Shown here piece by piece: positions 8,213-15,506 of a stretch of DNA of 28,183 nt. Within the stretch, counting starts at the first letter, position 1. The number at the start of each line of letters is the position of its first letter. Source of the DNA: Promethearchaeota archaeon (lineage in GTDB: Archaea; Asgardarchaeota; Lokiarchaeia; Sigyniarchaeales; SOKP01); assembly GCA_004524535.1 (NCBI GenBank), contig SDNY01000042.1, positions 1-28,183 of the forward strand, in the 5' to 3' direction. A program made the translations under genes and the position numbers. A model generated the notes under the pieces. That model was not told the DNA's origin, searched no databases, and worked only from the letters and a program-made list of their open reading frames with translations.

Positions 8213-10765
8213 TTAAAAACAATTACAAAATTCAATTCTATCTATCAAATCATCTTGGATTGACCTGCCAAGCCTTGTAAAATAGGCTGAATATCCAGAA
8301 ACCCGTACAATTAAATCGGGATAATTTTCAGGATGTAGTTGAGCATCCTTTAATGTGTCAGTTCCCATATTATTGACTTGAAGATGCATTCCTCCTTTTT
8401 CAAAGTAGGTTTCAAGCAAATTCTTAAAGGTTTCGAGGCCCTTATCATTATCTGTTAAGAAGGGTGGGAACCTCATATTCAGAGAATCACCATATCCTAT
8501 ATCCGTATGGTCAATTTTAGCTACTGAATTTAATGCTGCGGTAGGACCATTCAGTTCAGCACCATTACAAGGAGATATTGCGTTTGAAAGTGGCTCACCC
8601 GCTTTTCTTCCATTCGGAGTTGCGGGTTCTAATGCTCCTTCATACACATTTAGACCATAAGAACTAAAACTTGGTTTGAAAAAATCTCCCATTGACAAAT
8701 TTTTACTCTTTACCATTGCACAAAACTTTTTTACTAATTCAACGGCGATTTTATCTGTGTAATCATCATCATTTCCAAATTTTGGGCCATTCATTAAGAT
8801 TTGCCTTAAAGGTTCGTTATCCTTAAAATTGGTTTGTATAGCATGAAGTAAATCGCTCATAGATATTGTTTTTTCTTCATACACAAACTTCTTTATAGCC
8901 GCTAAAGAATCTACTATCGTTCCTAATCCCCCACCACCAATTGCATGGAACATGAGTTCAGCTCCTCCTTGAGTCATATCCTTAGCATTTTCAATACACC
9001 CATCAATAGTACATGAAATCAATGGATTATGATAATTTTCAGCCCAGACTTGATCTCTCAAATCTCCTGCTTTAGCACATACATCAACAATACGTTCTAA
9101 TTGAGTATAATATGCTTCCATAAACTCGTCAAATGACTTAAACTCTGCGGGATCTCCCGTATCAATATCTTTTTCTCCTCCAAAAAAGGTTGTAATACCC
9201 CGATTAAATGTCAAATCAAGAATAGATGGAAAATATAGTTTAGTACCACCAGTTGCTCCATATGTATCTCCATTACCACTTGGCTCTACACACCCCACTA
9301 TACAGTAGTCTCTTGCAGCTTCCAATGAATATCCATCTTTTTCAAGAGCTTTAATAATAACCTCATCATTAAACATAGCTGGTCCGGCTGTATATTTTTG
9401 TAATTCCAAGACCTTTTTTATATATTCTTCAGGACTATTTTTTGAAATTCGGAAAGAGGATTGAGTAGCAAGCTTAGTATTTTTTATTGCTTCCATAAAG
9501 ATATAAGTAAGGTCATTGGTCGCATCCTCTCCATTTCGATCTACTCCTCCAAAAGTAATATCTTGAACATCTGAACCTAAATGGTTAAGGCGAGCACCCA
9601 ATACATTAGGCCATATCACTACATTATTGTTAATCTTTATGATAACTTCTTCAAGTAACCTTAAAGCATCATCATCCGTAATTAAATTGGCATTTTTATC
9701 TTTCTTATAATATGGATATAGGATTTGATCCAGACGCCCTGGAGTCATACCACCCATCCCATAACTGATTATTACCACATTATGAGTAAACCAGAAAGAT
9801 TGGACTGCTTCATAAAATGTTTCTGGAGGATTCCAAGGTACCTTTTCACAAATTTTTGCAATTTTCAATAATTCCTTTTTTCTTTCCTCATCAGGTTCAG
9901 TACTCGCTATCTCCTTAGCTAATTTTGTGAAGCGAAGACTAAAATCTCTCATTGCTTCACAAGTCATAATAACACCCTCCAGAAAACCCTTCTCTGAATC
10001 ATTCTTAGCAGTCTTTAATCTGTTTTCAGCTTGTTCTTTTATACCTTTAAATCCAAATTTCACGACATTCTTATATCCTGGAACAATATGACCTTGCATA
10101 TCAATACATCTTCCCCTTCCTTTCACATTATCAGCAGTGCCTACTTTCATTAGTTTAATCCATTTTGGTAGTTGTAAAAAGAATTTAACTTTATCAAAGA
10201 AATTAGCATCTGGGTCTGTCACCAGCTTACCTATGTGTTTCAAACCAAACGCATTTCTTAGTCTTTTTAATCCACCATTGCCTAAAGTAAGTTTGTCCGA
10301 TAAATTATGTTCCTCAAATAATGGAACCTTCAGAGCTCTCACGGATTTATCTTTCCAGTAAGGTATAATCTCTTTATTAAGCCATTTTTTATGCTCTTTC
10401 GTGATATGATATCCATATCTTTTCTTAAGAGTTGGTAAAAGATACTTTATTACCATATTCATGTCTCCTCTCTCAGGGGCAATAGGGGGTGCAATATATT
10501 GGGAGGATCTATTTCCCACCAATAATTCCTCAGGATAAATAGCTATAGTCATATTCTCAAAGGTGTGCTTTAAAGCCTTTGCTGTACGGATTGAAGGATG
10601 TTGCCCTTCTGTTTCTTTATAACTATCCGTATAAAATTTCGCTCGCTCCAAGCAGATCCAATGATCTGCTGTTAATAAGCGATCTTTTTGAATTTGATTT
10701 TGAGGATGAAGACCCGTTGAATTAAATTCTGGAACTTTTACCTGTTTTTTAATCTCAGCTTGCAT
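8213..10765 (-). CDS. Glycyl radical enzyme 1 (PFL2/eliminase-like, substrate unknown)
   Basis: 850 aa; Gly loop LIVRVSGYSAYF; Cys loop YCIVGCVEP; also ELLVGN, PGRLDQ, ATPNGRKAG and QGHIVPGY. Confidence 0.95.
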   Translation of the reverse strand: MQAEIKKQVKVPEFNSTGLHPQNQIQKDRLLTADHWICLERAKFYTDSYKETEGQHPSIRTAKALKHTFENMTIAIYPEELLVGNRSSQYIAPPIAPERGDMNMVIKYLLPTLKKRYGYHITKEHKKWLNKEIIPYWKDKSVRALKVPLFEEHNLSDKLTLGNGGLKRLRNAFGLKHIGKLVTDPDANFFDKVKFFLQLPKWIKLMKVGTADNVKGRGRCIDMQGHIVPGYKNVVKFGFKGIKEQAENRLKTAKNDSEKGFLEGVIMTCEAMRDFSLRFTKLAKEIASTEPDEERKKELLKIAKICEKVPWNPPETFYEAVQSFWFTHNVVIISYGMGGMTPGRLDQILYPYYKKDKNANLITDDDALRLLEEVIIKINNNVVIWPNVLGARLNHLGSDVQDITFGGVDRNGEDATNDLTYIFMEAIKNTKLATQSSFRISKNSPEEYIKKVLELQKYTAGPAMFNDEVIIKALEKDGYSLEAARDYCIVGCVEPSGNGDTYGATGGTKLYFPSILDLTFNRGITTFFGGEKDIDTGDPAEFKSFDEFMEAYYTQLERIVDVCAKAGDLRDQVWAENYHNPLISCTIDGCIENAKDMTQGGAELMFHAIGGGGLGTIVDSLAAIKKFVYEEKTISMSDLLHAIQTNFKDNEPLRQILMNGPKFGNDDDYTDKIAVELVKKFCAMVKSKNLSMGDFFKPSFSSYGLNVYEGALEPATPNGRKAGEPLSNAISPCNGAELNGPTAALNSVAKIDHTDIGYGDSLNMRFPPFLTDNDKGLETFKNLLETYFEKGGMHLQVNNMGTDTLKDAQLHPENYPDLIVRVSGYSAYFTRLGRSIQDDLIDRIEFCNCF

Positions 10766-10846
10766 TTTTTATCACTTTTAGAATTAGAATCTGTTAAAAA
10801 ATTAAACATTTCTAGAAATATCTGTAATATTCTTCAAGTTACACTA

Positions 10847-10879
10847 GTAGAAATAGGTATTTATAGTTTCTACCTATTT
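10847..10879 (-). promoter_or_regulatory. Candidate TATA box of the GRE operon embedded in overlapping inverted repeats (putative operator)
   Basis: The minus strand reads GTAGAAAC-TATAAATA (10873-10858). Inverted pairs: AAATAGGTA 10851-10859 / TACCTATTT 10871-10879, and GTAGAAA 10847-10853 / TTTCTAC 10867-10873. Confidence 0.4.
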
Positions 10880-10996
10880 AAGAGCATTTCTTTAAATATA
10901 AATTGAGTTTTTAAGGCTTTCAAGGTTCAGAAATTAAATTAAACTGTTATGAGAATTAAATTCTTTTTTTATAAATTACATCTCTCACTATAGCTC

Positions 10997-11869
10997 TTAT
11001 CCTTTAAATCCTGCAGCAAGTTGTGCATCTGCAGTCGGCCTTAAAAGAATATAAGTACGACGTGTATATTCAATAAGTTCTTCATGGTCTGAATAAAGTG
11101 CTGAAGCTTCTTTAATGTTTATTCTATTATTTTTTACATCACTTTTAATTAACGTCATAATTAATTCCCGATTATCGACCATTGTCATTCTTATGGGAGG
11201 GGCAAAATTAATTGCTTTAACATCAATATCAGTGGTTGTCTGACCATCGATCAAACCAATCGGTTCAAGTATTTCCTTTCTAAAGTGGATCCTAAATTTG
11301 GGTGGCCCTCCATAAAGAATCTTTATTTTTATACCCTTTTTTATTGCTTTTTGTATATAATCTCGCAAAAGATCCTCTTCATATTTTAATAAATAAGCCA
11401 TAATTAGGATAATTTCATCTTTTGCGCCCTCTAGAATATTTCTCATAAGTTTATGATACTCTTCTAAACCAGTCACGAAATTAAGGGGAGGCACTTCACT
11501 AAATGGGTAATTTATACCGAGTTTGGGTAATAATTTAATTTCATTGAATATGGATTCAGAAGCTTTTTCTAATTCATTTTTACGCGACTTTAATAAATTC
11601 TCAATGGCAATTGCAGGTTCTATAGGTCTTATAAACATAGGGCGAGTATTATCAATCTGAATCAATTTTCTTTCTTCTAATCTTTTAATAATATTATATA
11701 CTTTTGGTTTTGAATATTTTGAAAGCTCTATTAAGTCAGTCGCCTTTATTTTATTATAAATACTTTTTGAATCTTTTCTTGGAATCAAAGATAACTGAAT
11801 TAATAATTTGTAAATATTTTCTTCAGCATCATTAAAATTAAATTCTGAAAAGGGATTATAGATTGACAT
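10997..11869 (-). CDS. TrmB-family transcriptional regulator
   Basis: N-terminal wHTH (EENIYKLLI...SKYSKPKVYNIIKRLEERKLI...RPMFIRPIEP), a coiled coil, then an effector domain (AKDEII...KKGIKIKIL...MVDNRELI). Confidence 0.85.
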   Translation of the reverse strand: MSIYNPFSEFNFNDAEENIYKLLIQLSLIPRKDSKSIYNKIKATDLIELSKYSKPKVYNIIKRLEERKLIQIDNTRPMFIRPIEPAIAIENLLKSRKNELEKASESIFNEIKLLPKLGINYPFSEVPPLNFVTGLEEYHKLMRNILEGAKDEIILIMAYLLKYEEDLLRDYIQKAIKKGIKIKILYGGPPKFRIHFRKEILEPIGLIDGQTTTDIDVKAINFAPPIRMTMVDNRELIMTLIKSDVKNNRINIKEASALYSDHEELIEYTRRTYILLRPTADAQLAAGFKG

Positions 11870-12179
11870 ATTATCGACTCATCTATGTGTAAATTTAAAT
11901 AAACTCTCTTTAAGTAATAAATAGAATACTGAGTATTTTAAGTTAAGTATTTACTTTTTTAACAACTAACTAGTTATAAAAATCCTTAACAACTATCTAA
12001 AATCTCATTTAATGATTAAGCTATCCCATGAATAATTCATTTCTATTTTAATGAAAGCTAGTAACAATGCCAATCCACAGTCTCTTTTCCATGAAAATTC
12101 AGACATATTATTTTTTATTCAATATAAATTTTATATTCTAAGTGGTATATTATAGATTTATTAATAGTAGGAGATAGAA

Positions 12180-12983
12180 ATGATAGAGGAGAAAAGTAAG
12201 ACTAAACCTTTCTTATTCACTCAAAAGGATGCAGTAGCAATAATATCAATAAATAAACCCCCAATGAACACCATGAGTTTGGAGTTCTTCGATAAGTTGG
12301 AAAAACTTGTCCCGAAGCTCTCCGAAGACCGAAATGTTCGCGCCATCGTTATTACGGCAGAAGGGGAGGATAATTTCTCTGTGGGTATGGATCTTAAACA
12401 GATTGCAGGGGTAGGGCGCAACAAAAAGCGTATACAAGACATCTTAGACCAACGCTTACGAGTCCTCAATGCGATTGAGAAAATGAGAAAGCCCGTAGTG
12501 GCCACACTTTTTGGATATTGCCTTGGAGGGGGATTAGAACTACCTCTATCATGCCATTTTCGACTAGCTGCTGAAAAAGGTGCAAAGATCGGTCTACCTG
12601 AGCTGGATCTAGGCACGGTCCCAGCATGGGGAGGAAGCGCACGCTTAACCCGATGTGTGGGGCGATTATACGCACTTGATATGATACTCCGAGCTAAAAA
12701 GATTTCTGGTCCGGAAGCATATCGGATTGGCTTAGTAAACGAAGTTGTCCCAAACGCAGAGCTTAAAGATCGTGCTTTTGAGTTAGCTAAAGAACTTTCT
12801 GATATGCCAATGATGGCCGTTTCTGAAATGCTAAGTTGTATAGTTGAATACGGAGATCAACCATTACAGCAAGGATTATATCAGGAACGCCAAGCAGTAC
12901 TTAAAACTATGGGTACAAAGGACAACATGGAAGGAATGATGGCTTTCCTCCAAAAACGCAAACCAAAATTCAACCAATTCTGA
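12180..12983 (+). CDS. Enoyl-CoA hydratase/isomerase (crotonase) family protein
   Basis: FSVGMDL, KPVVA..GYCLGGGLEL and GLPELDLGTVPAWGG with both catalytic Glu present; C-terminal EGMMAFLQKRKPKF. AGGAG SD. Confidence 0.93.
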   Translation: MIEEKSKTKPFLFTQKDAVAIISINKPPMNTMSLEFFDKLEKLVPKLSEDRNVRAIVITAEGEDNFSVGMDLKQIAGVGRNKKRIQDILDQRLRVLNAIEKMRKPVVATLFGYCLGGGLELPLSCHFRLAAEKGAKIGLPELDLGTVPAWGGSARLTRCVGRLYALDMILRAKKISGPEAYRIGLVNEVVPNAELKDRAFELAKELSDMPMMAVSEMLSCIVEYGDQPLQQGLYQERQAVLKTMGTKDNMEGMMAFLQKRKPKFNQF

Positions 12984-13023
12984 ATTTTAAATTATCCACA
13001 GTTGCTTTATCCTATATTTATAT

Positions 13024-13392
13024 TCATCCTATCAACTTATTCCGCTTCCAATGGAACCAAAGGTCTCCCAGTAATTGGATTGTCCCAGGGATTAACGCAA
13101 TATAAGCACCTAGAATAAGATAAATTATCGAAATCACTGCATACCATATAAGCGCACCTTTTAGAAATGGAGTTATTGGATCCATTTTGAGCATCGGATA
13201 TAAGAGAATGATGCTAAGGATATTTATCCCAATTACTATATACATTGAGACCGTCGCATCAAATCTAAAGCTTTCGGGAAATTTAATATTCCATATTATC
13301 ACTAGGATTATTGCCATAATATTACAGAGGAAAATCCATATCATAAAAATGGGGATAAAGGTTTTTGGAGCATCCTTCCTTTCGAGTGTCAT
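13024..13392 (-). CDS. Hypothetical membrane protein (3-4 transmembrane segments)
   Basis: Hydrophobic segments in the ORF. I prefer ATG at 13392 (MTLERKDAPK) because the 16 upstream codons are AT-rich and intergenic-like. Confidence 0.65.
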   Translation of the reverse strand: MTLERKDAPKTFIPIFMIWIFLCNIMAIILVIIWNIKFPESFRFDATVSMYIVIGINILSIILLYPMLKMDPITPFLKGALIWYAVISIIYLILGAYIALIPGTIQLLGDLWFHWKRNKLIG

Positions 13393-13609
13393 AAAAAAAT
13401 GAATGAATTTTTTATTAAAAAAGATTATATTATAATTCATTAATATAATTTAATAAGTATGATTTCTAGACGAGAGATTAGTAATTTAGATGTTTAAGTT
13501 TATATTTTTCCCACTTTTAATATTATCGTTTTATGCTAAAGATTTTTTAAATTCAAAAAATTTACCTTTTTACCCAAATATTTACAATTAAATATGAGAT
13601 AAATTAAAT

Positions 13610-14668
13610 TTGAAGGGATTCCCTCTATTTGACGATGTTGGTAGCTTTCCACTGCCTGATAATGTGGATATTGAATGGTATCGCAAATTCTATTGGGTAA
13701 CTTACAAAGCAATTATTAATAAAAATGAAAATGATATTTTAGAGCATACAGGAATTAATAATTATTTCATAAATCCGTTTCTTAATTCATTCCAATTAAA
13801 ACTAAAAGCGGGAGTAGAAATAATCAATTACCCTCAGCATTTAGATATGTACAATCAATTCTTAAAACCAATTTCAGAATACGAAACTGCCCCAGGTTTA
13901 ATAAATCCTCAAAATGCTTTTATACCCGAGATATTTATCCTTAAGAATTTTGCAAAAAATAATTATGAAGAAACGGGACATCCTTTAGATGTTAAAATTT
14001 GTGTTACAGGCCCATTAGAATTATATATTAAACAGCATAATTTTACTGTGTACTTAGATTTGGCTTTAAATTTTGCAAGATCAGTAAACTCCTTTATAAA
14101 AAGTGCGATAGTCAATAATAAATATATAAAAACATCTGTCGTTGCGATTGATGAGCCTTCCTTCGGTTATGTTGATATGTTTAATATAACCAATGATGAT
14201 ATCATCAATATCTTTGATAAATCTTTAGAAGGTATTGATACCACAAATCAAATTCATCTTCATACTTTAAATAAAGCTATCCTTCCAATGCAGACAAAAA
14301 AGATTGATGTGTTAACATGTGAATACGCTTCAGATCCGAGCAATAAAATTCCGAAAAAAGAATTGGATCAGTACGATAAATTTATTCGAGTGGGCATCAC
14401 TAGAACCAATATTGATAACATTATCGCTGAGAAATTAGATATGGGAAGTTCTTTAGATGATTTCAAAACTATTTCGGGAAAATTAAGCTTAATTGATTCT
14501 AAAGAAAGGATTAGAAAAAATTTATTAACTGCGATTGAATTATACGGCGAACGGCTAAAATTCATAGGACCCGATTGCGGTTTAGGAGGTTGGGAACTTC
14601 CACAAATCGCTTTTGAATTACTCCGTCGAACAAGTGGAGTCATAGAACAAATCAAAAAAGAAATGTAA
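13610..14668 (+). CDS. Folate-independent 'core' methionine synthase (MetE catalytic barrel only), MesC-like
   Basis: FDDVGSFPLP, AGVEIINYPQ..DM..QFL, CVTGP, IDEPS, Zn-site QIHLH...CEY...GPDCGLG; single barrel of 352 aa; TTG start. Confidence 0.85.
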   Translation: MKGFPLFDDVGSFPLPDNVDIEWYRKFYWVTYKAIINKNENDILEHTGINNYFINPFLNSFQLKLKAGVEIINYPQHLDMYNQFLKPISEYETAPGLINPQNAFIPEIFILKNFAKNNYEETGHPLDVKICVTGPLELYIKQHNFTVYLDLALNFARSVNSFIKSAIVNNKYIKTSVVAIDEPSFGYVDMFNITNDDIINIFDKSLEGIDTTNQIHLHTLNKAILPMQTKKIDVLTCEYASDPSNKIPKKELDQYDKFIRVGITRTNIDNIIAEKLDMGSSLDDFKTISGKLSLIDSKERIRKNLLTAIELYGERLKFIGPDCGLGGWELPQIAFELLRRTSGVIEQIKKEM

Positions 14669-14737
14669 AAAAATGCAAAAGAAATTTACATAATTGCAAT
14701 TATTTACTAAAGTCTCTTTTATTATAAAAACAATAGA

Positions 14738-14799
14738 TTTAAATAGTCTTTTCACTATTTTTTAAGTGTAAAGGACTTATTGACAAAAAGTAATTTACA
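14738..14799 (+). promoter_or_regulatory. Candidate hsp20-cdc48 promoter with operator-like inverted repeat
   Basis: TTTAAATA at 14738-14745. TGTAAA-N7-TTGACA at 14767-14785 lies at the expected transcription start, with an extra half-site TTTACA at 14794-14799. Confidence 0.4.
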
Positions 14800-14823
14800 T
14801 GTCCCAAAATAAAGGTGGTAAAT

Positions 14824-15441
14824 GTGTCGGACGATTATGATGAATTTATAGACAATATAAAAAAATTGTTTAAATTTAATTCAAAATTTTTTGATGCAGA
14901 TTTCTTTTTTATTCCAGAATCGGATAATAATTTAGATTTTGATAAGAAAAATACTAGAGGATTTAAAGTTTCATATCACTATGATTCAGGAATGGACGAG
15001 CCAGATATCAAAATAGAAGGTAATATAGATGAGAAAAAACTTCGAGAATATTTTCAGAAGCATAATATTAAAGTAGACTCGAGATTTAAGAATATATTCA
15101 ATCCTAAGCAAATAGGAGAAATTGACGCTAGCGAACTTACTTTAGAACCAGAACCTGGTATACATACAGCAGAATCACGCGTTATGGAACCATATACAGA
15201 AATTAACGATTTTGACAATTCTTATGAGATTATGGTTGAAGTTCCTGGTATAAATAAGGACGATATTATCTTAAATTTAAACGAATTAGATAGAAAAATA
15301 ATATTTTCTGCTCGAAATTACCTAAAGCATTATCTTAAACATATTTATTTACCCTTTAATATTTCTATGGAGGATTACAACTTAGAAGTTAATAATGGGA
15401 TTGCGACATTAAAGTTTAGAAAGAATTCAAATCAAGATTAA
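14824..15441 (+). CDS. hsp20: Archaeal small heat-shock protein (Hsp20/alpha-crystallin domain)
   Basis: EPYTEI...IMVEVPGINKDDIIL...YLKHIYLP...NNGIATLKF, plus the archaeal N-terminal GFKVSY...PDIKIEGN segment; directly upstream of cdc48. I prefer GTG 14824, which follows an AGGTGG SD, to GTG 14815. Confidence 0.85.
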   Translation: MSDDYDEFIDNIKKLFKFNSKFFDADFFFIPESDNNLDFDKKNTRGFKVSYHYDSGMDEPDIKIEGNIDEKKLREYFQKHNIKVDSRFKNIFNPKQIGEIDASELTLEPEPGIHTAESRVMEPYTEINDFDNSYEIMVEVPGINKDDIILNLNELDRKIIFSARNYLKHYLKHIYLPFNISMEDYNLEVNNGIATLKFRKNSNQD

Positions 15442-15506
15442 ATCTTAATTAATAAATAGTATTATATTAATTGAAAAAAAATAAAAATTAATATACTGGG
15501 AAAAAG

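Noticed and set aside
1431-10361. Plus-strand ORFs inside the GRE operon (1431, 2154, 3741, 4071, 4897, 5936, 7624, 10137)
   Set aside because: All are antisense shadows of well-supported genes and have no motifs.
2051-10765. Calling the GREs pyruvate formate-lyase, choline TMA-lyase or benzyl/alkylsuccinate synthase
   Set aside because: There is no Cys-Cys pair (PFL) and no CutC-type sequence after GCVEP. The C-V-E loop and the absence of small subunits argue against fumarate-adding enzymes.
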